Part shown: positions 29,530 through 38,578 of the stretch, piece by piece
Layout of the letters: each line of letters begins with the position of its first letter
Position numbering within the stretch: position 1 is the first letter of the stretch
Sequence record: NZ_CP137560.1
Reading direction: 5' to 3' (one strand)
Length of the DNA: 64,000 nt
Origin: a plasmid
Made by a program: the position numbers and the translations under genes
Notes under the pieces: generated by a model
What the model saw: only the letters and a program-made list of their open reading frames with translations
Databases searched by the model: none
Told to the model about the DNA's origin: nothing

Positions 29530-31203
29530 TTAGAATCCAATTTTTCTCTTGGTACGACTCCCTTCCAGTCTTTCATTTTCACAAAACTCAACAAGGGATT
29601 TGGCCATGTTCTCTGGCTGGCCATGCAATATCGACTGGATGGTAAAATGACGGGCGATGTTCTCTATTTCACCACCGCTGAAATCATACTTGCCCGCCAG
29701 GTAACTGGCATCGGCATCATTCAAAGGCGGAATCATCGCTTGCCAAATCTGAGTACGGCAATTCAAGTCTGGCTTCTCAAACTGTATCTTATAGAGGAAA
29801 CGGCGCTCGAAGGCCTTGTCCATGTTCTCTGCGAGGTTGGTCGTGGCAATGAGGATGCCATCCAACTGTTCTATCTCCTGAAGGATGATATTCTGAATAC
29901 TGTTTTCCATCTTCTCAACGGCTCTTTCCGCCCCCACCTGACGCTTGCCGATGATGGCATCAGCCTCGTTGAAAAGCAAGATGGGTGCCTTGGCTAATTG
30001 TTTCACCTTCTTCTTATAATCATCGAAGATGCCCTTGATATTCTTTTCGCTCTCGCCTACCCACATGCTCTTAACCTCTGAAACGTTCACCTGAATCAAG
30101 TCACGGCCAGTCTTCTTGGCTATCTGAAGCACAGTCTCTGTCTTTCCTGTACCAGGCGCACCATAGAAAAGGCAGGCAAAGCCGCTTCTGAAGTTGGTTT
30201 CTTTCAATCGATTTTTGATACGCTGGAAATGCTCCTCATCCAAGAGGGAAGTTAACTCTTCCACTTGCCTTTGTTCCTTGCTATTGTAGAATAGTTGCTT
30301 GGGGCTGATGTCCTCAAAGGATAGCATGCCACCCTTCGGGCGAGAACCACGCATGGATGATAGGTTGAGTTCCGAGAAAAGCTGTTTCTTGGCATCATCC
30401 GTAATTTTGAACGACTCTCTATCCACAAAGCCATCATCATTGGTATATTCAATGAACTTCTCCACAAAAAACAAGTGATCACCTTGACTCAAGCCTCGCT
30501 TTTCGCATCGCCATTCTGCATCGCCTTCTTTATATATAAATTCCAAGTCGTGGTATCGGATGTCATCATCACCATTGACAACAAAGAGTGTACAAAACAA
30601 GACGAAAAGCGGGAAGTACAGATCATCCGCATCTACATCGTAGGAAGCCATCGCCTTGACAAAAGCCAACTTTTCGTTCTTGGCTACCAATGCCCTCAAT
30701 TTCCTTCTCAGCACTTGTTTGTCAATCTTTCTACGGCGACATTTCGTAAACAACTCATCGAACTTGTCAAATAGTTCTCTGGCTGTAAGTTCCTCCACAT
30801 CCATAGGATTATAACGCTCATTATGTTGGAACGCCTCCATCACCTCCATTGGGATGGTATAATAGAAACCTTCATCCCTATTGCGGCAGATATATTCCTT
30901 GTCAACAAGCTCTTGGATTTCATTGGCATATCGAAGCAAGCTAAGGATGCGGCAGCCCAAGAAATCCGTAAAGTCCGAGAACTGGATGTGACTGTCATCG
31001 CATCTGTCGGCAAACAAGGCCATGATGGCACTGGCACGCTTGGATATGTCCAGTTTATCGGAGACAAATCCAAGATATGAATCAGTCTCCTCATAGAACT
31101 TCTCACCCAGAGAAGAATTCTTTGCCTTATCTACGATTATTTCGAATGCTTGGAGCAAGTCCATCTGCTCCATATCTTTTTTACACGACGTTTGCATAAC
31201 CAT
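29530..31203 (-). CDS. AAA-family ATPase with about 330-aa N-terminal domain of unknown function
   Basis: Walker A GAPGTGKT, Walker B ILLFNEAD, sensor-1 and arginine-finger region in the C-terminal 230 aa. Confidence 0.85.
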   Translation of the reverse strand: MVMQTSCKKDMEQMDLLQAFEIIVDKAKNSSLGEKFYEETDSYLGFVSDKLDISKRASAIMALFADRCDDSHIQFSDFTDFLGCRILSLLRYANEIQELVDKEYICRNRDEGFYYTIPMEVMEAFQHNERYNPMDVEELTARELFDKFDELFTKCRRRKIDKQVLRRKLRALVAKNEKLAFVKAMASYDVDADDLYFPLFVLFCTLFVVNGDDDIRYHDLEFIYKEGDAEWRCEKRGLSQGDHLFFVEKFIEYTNDDGFVDRESFKITDDAKKQLFSELNLSSMRGSRPKGGMLSFEDISPKQLFYNSKEQRQVEELTSLLDEEHFQRIKNRLKETNFRSGFACLFYGAPGTGKTETVLQIAKKTGRDLIQVNVSEVKSMWVGESEKNIKGIFDDYKKKVKQLAKAPILLFNEADAIIGKRQVGAERAVEKMENSIQNIILQEIEQLDGILIATTNLAENMDKAFERRFLYKIQFEKPDLNCRTQIWQAMIPPLNDADASYLAGKYDFSGGEIENIARHFTIQSILHGQPENMAKSLVEFCENERLEGSRTKRKIGF

Positions 31204-31313
31204 AATAGCACTACATTAATACATACTATTTTCTCCATGAGGGAAAGACTTCTAAAATCCGTTCCTCCCAATATAGTTCTCAAATAAGATTTATTTTCCA
31301 TACTTGTCTATAT

Positions 31314-31631
31314 TTAGAAGGCGAAATCATCCTCTTCCTCATCCTCACCATTTGGGAACATGACGCTTCTCTCATACTCTGGATCATAGAATTCATACTC
31401 ATCCTTCACCTGTTTGATTTTCTTCTGGATGGAACAAATCTTCTCCAGTTCCGGAAATTGAAGATGTTCACGATTAAACTCCAATAGCTCGTTCAGGTCT
31501 CTCTCAAAGGAACAAACCTCTGATTGAAACTCATCCATGTCAAACTCAGGATCATAGAAGAGGTCATTATCTAAAGCCTCATTCAAACGGTTTTCCATCT
31601 TATCCAATTGCTCTTTTATAGTTTTGTCCAT
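31314..31631 (-). CDS. Small highly acidic protein
   Basis: 105 aa; D/E-rich including EDEEEDDFAF at the C-terminus; upstream of the AAA gene on the same strand. Confidence 0.45.
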   Translation of the reverse strand: MDKTIKEQLDKMENRLNEALDNDLFYDPEFDMDEFQSEVCSFERDLNELLEFNREHLQFPELEKICSIQKKIKQVKDEYEFYDPEYERSVMFPNGEDEEEDDFAF

Positions 31632-31692
31632 AATGCTTTATTTTTAAGTATATGTTCGATTTATGAAATAAGAATCTTACCTGATGAAAGAT

Positions 31693-32172
31693 TCATTTTT
31701 CGTAGGAGTCTGAGAGTAACAGGATTTGCTTCACCTTGGAAAGCAAATCTTTCTCTGTAACTTCTAAGTTCAAAGATGCCCCATTCCCTGTTATATTGAC
31801 ACCTAAAACACCTGCAAGTTTTATCAGATGTTTTGCACTTCCACTCTTTACAAAAAGACAAATAGACCATTCACCACAAATACAATAAAGGGTTATATAA
31901 ATGGGCCTGTTGTCATACATGATTTGATAACCATATTTTTCAACATATGGAATCTTGCCATCGAAGGTTTCCGCTATAAAGGAAGCTATCTCCTCGTGGA
32001 ACTTCTTCTTAAAAACGTTGGCGTATTCTTCGGAAATCTCATCCTTGGCACTGATAATCTGCTCTTGGGCATCTTCCAAATCATCAAGCAAATCGTCTAA
32101 AGCCGAGCATTTTTCGATAATGTTCAGTCCTTTTAACTTCGCCATTTCTTTATTAATATCAAACTTCTCCAT
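31693..32172 (-). CDS. Hypothetical protein; its promoter and 5' end are duplicated at about 35941-36010
   Basis: 159-aa ORF; the N-terminal codons MEKFDINKEMAKL recur as a fragment MEKFNINKEMAKLKKLN in repeat A copy 2. Confidence 0.5.
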   Translation of the reverse strand: MEKFDINKEMAKLKGLNIIEKCSALDDLLDDLEDAQEQIISAKDEISEEYANVFKKKFHEEIASFIAETFDGKIPYVEKYGYQIMYDNRPIYITLYCICGEWSICLFVKSGSAKHLIKLAGVLGVNITGNGASLNLEVTEKDLLSKVKQILLLSDSYEK

Positions 32173-32492
32173 TGTATATCAATTAAAAATTCTGATGCAA
32201 AGATAGCCCACACCTGTGTAAGTTCGTTTCACACAATAAAAAAATTTTTCATGCGCAATGATTTTTCTCACGATTCACCGAATTTTGCAGAAAAATGAAT
32301 GAGCAAACAATGGAAATGGAAAAAGAACAATTAAACGGCAAGATAATGGATAGGGAGGATATCAAACATACCTTCAAAACGAGGTATCTCAATAGTGATA
32401 AGGTAATCTTCTCTGAAAAGGGATGATTCGCAATTTAAATATAAAACACAGCATTCCGACAATAAAAGCAACTTTTATTTTGGTTTGTCCAA
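32118..32492. repeat. Repeat A copy 1 (about 375 bp; roughly 90% identical by eye to 35941-36337)
   Basis: Aligned by eye; includes the start of gene 31693-32172 and its upstream region. Confidence 0.85.
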
Positions 32493-32496
32493 GTAT

Positions 32497-33122
32497 ATCG
32501 AGAAAAATGATATTTATGAGCGGACAGGGCATCCTTGCAGACTGGTTGTTGAAAGGTTTGGTCAGTTTTGATAGGTTTGAGGGACAAACGTATCTCTGCA
32601 GTATTAGATATATATAAGAAATTACCAGAAGAAGCGGAGCTGCTCATTAGTCATTCTTTCCTTAATGACAAGATGAAAAGAACCTATATCCGAATCATCA
32701 AGGAAAGAATCGCTAGGTTCAATAGGCAGTCAGAATGGCTTCCTATAACTCCAAGTCGAGCCCATCATCAAACTCAACATTCTGGAATGTATGAATGCCG
32801 AGGTTTTCCGCAGCGACACAATTCTCCTGGAGGTCGTCAATAAACAACGATTCTTCAGGAACTATCGCTGCCTGTCTGATGACTTCCTCGTAGATTTTTG
32901 CATCCGGCTTGGAGAGATGGACGCCGCTGTGAAAGGAAGACATTTTCAAAATAGTCTTCCACATTATGCCCCTGATAGGGGAATAACTTCTCCACACAAT
33001 AATCCCAGTGAATGTCTATGGTGTTGCTCAATAGAAAGAGACGATAACCCTTAGCCTTGAGCTTTAAAAGCCTGCGTTTCTTCTCATCGGGAATAACAAC
33101 CAACATTCGATTGGCCGCTTCA
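32497..33122 (-). pseudogene. Repeat B copy 1: 3' two-thirds of a HAD hydrolase gene, frameshifted (copy of 38579-39200)
   Basis: About 93% nucleotide identity to the intact HAD gene region; coding split over two frames (32743-32997 and 32855-33106); N-terminal about 78 codons absent. Confidence 0.75.
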
Positions 33123-33409
33123 CCCCTTTTTTATTAAAGGAGATTTATGGCAAATTGATAAATATTCACAACATGCTCAATCCTTGTTTTTTTCAGGCTT
33201 GAGTATATTTTTTCTTATCTACGCAGAAAGACTGCATACCCATGTTGTAACTTTGCATCCGAAAACAAGAAATATGGATATTTGGAGGTCAAGCGATGCT
33301 TACTTCATTAATGAATCGCTAGTACTGTTGTAGTACTAGAGCTATGGGTACTCAGCATGGCTATTACCTCCAATTTTCATTGCTTGAAGATAGTTTATGG
33401 CTGCGATAG
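33121..33409. repeat. Repeat C copy 2 (promoter-containing module immediately upstream of the tRNA-like gene)
   Basis: About 96% identical to 12344-12632; contains TTG…(about 17 bp)…TAgtTTaTG, a Bacteroidetes-type -33/-7-like promoter, just before the RNA start. Confidence 0.8.
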
Positions 33410-33525
33410 CTCAGCTGGTAGAGCATAGTTTTGTGTGGGAATTACCATCATCAAGCTGGTCAACTCACACATACTGCTGCAATGAAAGCCTAGTGTCGCT
33501 GGTTCGATTCCAGCTTGCAGCCCCA
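33400..33525 (+). ncRNA. tRNA-like RNA gene with canonical acceptor stem, D-arm, T-arm and encoded CCA, but an about 70-nt structured insert in place of the anticodon arm
   Basis: 5' GCUGCGA-UA-GCUC-AGCUGGUA-GAGC-A, then 72 nt containing an 8-bp stem UGUGUGGG/CUCACACA around an ACCA…UGGU hairpin, then GCUGG-UUCGAUU-CCAGC, UUGCAGC-C-CCA; no 5-7-5 anticodon stem-loop can be drawn. Confidence 0.5.
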
Positions 33526-33624
33526 ATTATTAACATAGGTCAAGAGGGACTTACTACATGACATAAGATTGCAGTTCTTAATGGTTTGAAGTTCCTCTAT
33601 TACCTTATTATATAATAGATAATT

Positions 33625-35883
33625 ATGAACGATGAGAATTTATTGAAGGTTGCTTTGAGATACAAGGCTTTGTATCTTGATATTGAAAAAGAGGATATAG
33701 ACATGTCCTCAAAGATGACACCTGCTGTTTATTCCCTCACTGAACGCCTGAAAGAAAATGGCTTTTGTTTGAGCGAAGAACTTCTCCATGCACTAGACGA
33801 AGTACCTGTGGCGAAATTAGCAGATATAGTCTCTATCATAGAGGATGTGATGGGAGTTGGACTCAATTGGTCGTCTCTTGTCAAAGGATGGGACATGCCT
33901 ACAGGCGAGGGAGTCGCTGACCACTTTATAACCTGGGTTGCCAACATCATCAAGGGTGAACTGAATATCAAGGGAACTACCCTACCTTGTGGTCACTTGA
34001 TTCCAGATGGTACATTTCCACTGGAAAGATACAATGGATGCCCTTTCTGTGGAACACCGTTCAAAACAACAAATTATGTGTACAAGGGACAGGGAAGCAA
34101 GCTCAAGGAACTTAGGTTATTGAACAGAGAAGATTTGAAGGGAATATTTCTTTCGTTACTTACCTCTCCTACTCCTCTTGATATAACCCAAAAAGATTCA
34201 CTCAATCTGCTTTTGAATTGTTTTGAGGTTCCAGAAGGTACAGAAATTGGCATGAAGGAGACCATGATGCTGGTCATCAAACATTGGGTGTCAACAGGTC
34301 AAGCTGATAGAGCCATGGACTATTTCAAGACTCCAACAGACATCTTGAGATACCTATGGTTTGAGAAGACAGGGCACGTTCAGATCATCAAACCTTCAAC
34401 TCTTATGAATAATGCTCGAAGACTGGGAGCTCACATGAACTTTGTTTGTGACAAAGCCTTGACTTATCAAGAGCAGATGAAGCAGCAGCTCATGCTCAAG
34501 TATAGTCGTAAAAATTGCAAGACGGTGAGCAAATGGATAAACAATCTCCCGCTTTCGGCAATTAAGATGGCTGAGGACATGAACTCCAAGCGTGGTATGT
34601 GGGTAAGATTCATACGTGCCTTGCGTCTGGCGGAGTACGCCAAGAGAAAAGGTTATGAGAAGTTAGCTGATGTCATGGACATTTTCTATAAACAAAACTA
34701 CACCACGTGGCAGGGAAACTTAGATCAGGCTTCGAACAACAACCAGGCAGAAAAGGTTTTAGGCATGCTCAAGGAAAGACCAGGTTCATTTGCCAGATGT
34801 CTCTTTGCTACTATGTTGAGATTCGGTAGCTTAAGAACCTTGAAAGCATTTGGAGAGATTGCCGATGAGCTGCCAGCCAGACTACTCGTCTCCCTTGGCA
34901 ATGCAGCAGAAGGATATTTTGACATCGACTCCATCAGGTCAATCAAGACTATTACTGGAATCCAGAAGATCATCCCACACAACAAATTGCTTGCTCTATA
35001 CAGTAAGGTAGAACGAGAGAAAATGATTGAGGATGTGAATGGTATGTACAAGGACTCTATGTTCAGGCGTTTCAAGGCACAGGACACAGAGAGCAAGACC
35101 ATCTACATCGCCCCTGAGTTATATGACATACCTATTAGCGTCGGCGACCGATCAACAACCATACAGGATACCAGTTGTGCACTGATGGGAACTCGCTTCC
35201 ATATGGAAGGAGATGCGGTAAGGTTATTCTTGCAATGGGGAAAGGGGCTGCATGCCCAGCATTTGGACATGGACTTGAGCTGTCGCATCTCTTACGAGGA
35301 TAAGATAGAGGAATGTGCCTATTACAATCTTACCTGCACAGGTGCCAAGCATTCTGGTGACATACGTTCTATCCCTGAGATGGTGGGTACAGCAGAGTAC
35401 ATTGAACTGTCACTGCCAGAACTGGAGGCTGCAGAAGCTAAGTATGCCATCTTCACATGCAACGCCTACTCCTGTGGATCCTTATCTCCAAATCTTGTAG
35501 TTGGTTGGATGAACTCCGCCAACAAGATGAAAATATCAGAGAAAGATGGAGTAGCTTATGACCCTTCCTGTGTTCAGCACATGGTGAGGGTTGCCGACGA
35601 CAATCTCTCCAAAGGATTGGTATTCGGGGTTCTGGACATTGCCAAACGAGAAATCATCTGGTTGGAAATGCCTATCGCAGGACAGACATTGCGTTCGGCT
35701 AGAAGTAAGGATATAGAGGCTTTACTCATAAAATTACAAAGGAAACTCAAGATTGGTGAGCTTCTTAAGATGAAAGCCGAAGCACAGAGTCAGAAAATAG
35801 TAGGTTCTGCAGAACAGGCAGATGAAAGCTATACCCATGAGTGGGCATTTAATCCGGCAGAAGTAAGTAAGCTGTTATATTGA
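33625..35883 (+). CDS. Large orphan protein (752 aa) with a C-H-C-C zinc-ribbon-like motif
   Basis: Long clean ORF 99 bp downstream of the tRNA-like gene; CGHLIPDGTFPLERYNGCPFCG; no other recognisable catalytic motif. Confidence 0.55.
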   Translation: MNDENLLKVALRYKALYLDIEKEDIDMSSKMTPAVYSLTERLKENGFCLSEELLHALDEVPVAKLADIVSIIEDVMGVGLNWSSLVKGWDMPTGEGVADHFITWVANIIKGELNIKGTTLPCGHLIPDGTFPLERYNGCPFCGTPFKTTNYVYKGQGSKLKELRLLNREDLKGIFLSLLTSPTPLDITQKDSLNLLLNCFEVPEGTEIGMKETMMLVIKHWVSTGQADRAMDYFKTPTDILRYLWFEKTGHVQIIKPSTLMNNARRLGAHMNFVCDKALTYQEQMKQQLMLKYSRKNCKTVSKWINNLPLSAIKMAEDMNSKRGMWVRFIRALRLAEYAKRKGYEKLADVMDIFYKQNYTTWQGNLDQASNNNQAEKVLGMLKERPGSFARCLFATMLRFGSLRTLKAFGEIADELPARLLVSLGNAAEGYFDIDSIRSIKTITGIQKIIPHNKLLALYSKVEREKMIEDVNGMYKDSMFRRFKAQDTESKTIYIAPELYDIPISVGDRSTTIQDTSCALMGTRFHMEGDAVRLFLQWGKGLHAQHLDMDLSCRISYEDKIEECAYYNLTCTGAKHSGDIRSIPEMVGTAEYIELSLPELEAAEAKYAIFTCNAYSCGSLSPNLVVGWMNSANKMKISEKDGVAYDPSCVQHMVRVADDNLSKGLVFGVLDIAKREIIWLEMPIAGQTLRSARSKDIEALLIKLQRKLKIGELLKMKAEAQSQKIVGSAEQADESYTHEWAFNPAEVSKLLY

Positions 35884-35940
35884 ATTTATGAAGGAGACCT
35901 AAACAAGGCCTCCTTCATTCTTTTTGCCTAAATTTTGAAA

Positions 35941-36337
35941 ATCAGTCAATCTATGAAGACATAATGTTCAGTTTTTTCAACTTTGCCATTTCTTTATTAA
36001 TATTAAACTTCTCCATTGTATATCAATTAAAAATTCTGATGCAAAGATAGCCCACACCTGTGTAAGTTTGTTTAACACAACAAAAAGTTTTTTCATGCGC
36101 AATAATTTTTCTCACGATTCACTTAATTTTGCAGAAAAAATGAATGAGCAAACAATGGAAATGGAAAAAGAACAATTAAACGACAAGATAATGGATAGGG
36201 AGTATATCAAACATACCTTCAAAACGGGTATCTCAATAGTTATAAGGTGATCTTCTCAGAAAAGGGATGATTCACAATTTAAATATAAAACACAGCATTT
36301 CGACAATAAAAGCAACTTTTATTTTGGTTTGTCCAAG
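35941..36337. repeat. Repeat A copy 2 (contains a 5' fragment of a paralog of gene 31693-32172)
   Basis: Aligned by eye to 32118-32492. Confidence 0.85.
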
Positions 36338-36853
36338 ATTTGCATTAATTTTGCACATATGAAGAATTTTGCAGCTATAGATTTTGAGACAGCCAACCAG
36401 CAACACACAAGCGTATGCTCCGTTGGCATTGTGATAGTAATAGATGGTGAGATTGTGGATAGCTACTACAGTCTCATCAAGCCAGAGCCTGAGTATTACT
36501 CTTATTGGAACACAAGGGTGCATGGACTTACCATGGAGGATACCATGAATGCCAGGGTGTTTCCAGAGGTCTGGGCTGAGATTGAACCAAAGATCAAGGG
36601 ATTGCCATTGGTGGCACACAACTCACCCTTTGATGAGGGATGCCTGAAAGCTGTATTTCAAATGTACCAGATGGAGTATCACGACTATGAGTTTCATTGC
36701 ACCTGTCGTGCCTCCAGGAAAAAGTTGGGCTCTCTCCTACCCAACCACCAGCTACATACCGTTGCCGCCTATTGTGGATACGACCTTACTTTGCACCATA
36801 ATGCTCTAGCTGACGCAGAGGCATGCGCTTGGATTGCTAGGGAACTATTATAA
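36329..36853 (+). CDS. DEDDh 3'-5' exonuclease (DnaQ/PolIII-epsilon-like)
   Basis: Exo I AAIDFETAN, Exo II VAHNSPFDEGCL, Exo III HNALADAEA. Confidence 0.8.
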   Translation: MSKICINFAHMKNFAAIDFETANQQHTSVCSVGIVIVIDGEIVDSYYSLIKPEPEYYSYWNTRVHGLTMEDTMNARVFPEVWAEIEPKIKGLPLVAHNSPFDEGCLKAVFQMYQMEYHDYEFHCTCRASRKKLGSLLPNHQLHTVAAYCGYDLTLHHNALADAEACAWIARELL

Positions 36854-37393
36854 CTCTTCCAGCAAAGTATTAAATTGTGTCCAGAATGGATCTTGCCGCA
36901 TCGTATACTGAAGTTTGCGATCGAGCTTCAATTTGCCTAACACTTTGCCCGCATTTTCTGGATTACTTACCATCCAATAGATGCTGCAGACATTATTGCC
37001 CTCCACAAAACCAACAATCAGCGGATATGGCACATCCTTACATTTGATGCGAAGTGATAAATCGATGGAGCCTATCAAGTCCCCAAGGGCTTTTTTCTCC
37101 TTTTCCGTGGGCAGGCCCTGCTCGTCCATCTCTTCAATTGGAACTGTCACCTGACAGCACCACTTCAGTAAATTTCTCTTTTGGTAATTGCGCAGGCCAA
37201 CATTTACCTTGCCCTCATAAAGCTTGTCTCCTTTCGTGAAGGTATTCAAATCCTCAAGCTTTTTATTTGGACAAAGTTGATTGACTTGTTTCCAGCCATC
37301 CCTTATATAAGCTACAAAGCCTAACAACTTTTCCAAAAGTGCCAGGATACAGATGCCTGCACAAACGTATGTTATATATATCATAGAAATCAT
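36848..37393 (-). CDS. Hypothetical membrane-anchored protein
   Basis: 181-aa ORF with an N-terminal hydrophobic helix. Confidence 0.5.
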   Translation of the reverse strand: MISMIYITYVCAGICILALLEKLLGFVAYIRDGWKQVNQLCPNKKLEDLNTFTKGDKLYEGKVNVGLRNYQKRNLLKWCCQVTVPIEEMDEQGLPTEKEKKALGDLIGSIDLSLRIKCKDVPYPLIVGFVEGNNVCSIYWMVSNPENAGKVLGKLKLDRKLQYTMRQDPFWTQFNTLLEEL

Positions 37394-38028
37394 AAAATCG
37401 ACAAATGAGCCAGTTGCTCCTTTAAGTTATTACTACCAGTAAATAATATGCCTTGTATTCCTACTTGGTTGGCGCCATCCACATTGCGTTGTCTGTCATC
37501 TATAAAGACGCTTTCGGAAGCATTGAGGTTATATCGTCCAAGCAAGAGGTTGTAAATCTCCGGATTGGGTTTCACCATCTTCTCCTCGCCACTCACCACA
37601 ATGCCATCGAACAGTTCAAAGAGGCGTGCATGGACTTCCTTTACTATCGGGAAGGTCTCATGCGACCAGTTGGTCAGGCAATAAAGTTGATATCCCCTAT
37701 CCTTTAAATCCTTCATGACATCATAGATTCCTGGAATCTCACCGGCATCCATGTCCTTATAACAATACCAATATGCCACGATATAAGGAGCATACTTGGG
37801 ATAAGCCTGTTTGAGTTCGAAGATACATTCTTTGATAGGCTTGCCCAAGTCTGTCTGGTCATTCCAGGAGTTGGTGACGATGTTATCCACCATCCACTTA
37901 GCCTTATCCTTATCACCATGTAACAAGGTTGTGTAGAGGTTGATACGCATCCAATTAACCAGCACCGAACCTACATCAAATATAATATTTTTATATGTAC
38001 TCATTGAATATAAGTGTCTAAGAAGCAA
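37390..38028 (-). CDS. HAD-family hydrolase
   Basis: Motif I IIFDVGSVLV (DxG variant), KxxLxTN-like LYCLTNWSHE, motif IV FIDD. Confidence 0.7.
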   Translation of the reverse strand: MLLRHLYSMSTYKNIIFDVGSVLVNWMRINLYTTLLHGDKDKAKWMVDNIVTNSWNDQTDLGKPIKECIFELKQAYPKYAPYIVAYWYCYKDMDAGEIPGIYDVMKDLKDRGYQLYCLTNWSHETFPIVKEVHARLFELFDGIVVSGEEKMVKPNPEIYNLLLGRYNLNASESVFIDDRQRNVDGANQVGIQGILFTGSNNLKEQLAHLSIL

Positions 38029-38578
38029 AGCATGGGATAGTTCTGCTTCTGAAGGGAATAGGTCTTCAAAACTTCAACTTGAAGCTCCCAATTTAACAAA
38101 ATTCCAAAACTATCAGAATACGTTCCCATTTCATTTGCCATATATATATATAAATAATGTGCAAAAATACATCATTTAATTTAAATAGCGACTAAGAAAT
38201 GCAACTTTTTTAATAATAGTCTCGTTTTCTAGGAATTTTAGCAAGCTACTAAAGCAAATATTATATGGAATACGTTGCCTCGCTCCTTTGGAAAAACGAG
38301 CGATAAAAATGGAACTTACTTCAAGTATGATGCTTCTTTCAAGGATATGCCAGAATGATTAAGAAATTCATTCCTGCTTGGATGGTAGTCATGGAGAAGT
38401 TCTACAAGTTGGTGGTCTTCAACCATATCTATGCCAATGGCGATGACCACTTTGAAGAATTTTTCCGTCATTCAGATTGGTGATACCTATCAGCTTGTCC
38501 TTGGTTACAATCTGATGAATACTCCCCTGCACATTGAGGGTGATGACCTTGGACTAAATGGTGGTTTGTCGGAGCATA

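Noticed and set aside
33400-35883. tRNA-like RNA + large downstream protein interpreted as a Y-RNA/Rsr (Ro60, TROVE) pair
   Set aside because: In Y RNAs the 5'/3' ends form the Ro-binding stem and the tRNA-like module is internal; here the termini form a genuine acceptor stem with CCA. I could not find TROVE or vWA/MIDAS signatures in the 752-aa protein. Kept only as an outside possibility.
36068-36250. 60-aa ORF inside repeat A copy 2 (MFNTTKSFF…NEQTMEMEKEQLN…)
   Set aside because: The equivalent frame in repeat A copy 1 is not intact. The sequence is AT-rich leader or promoter DNA upstream of a gene start, so it is probably not coding.
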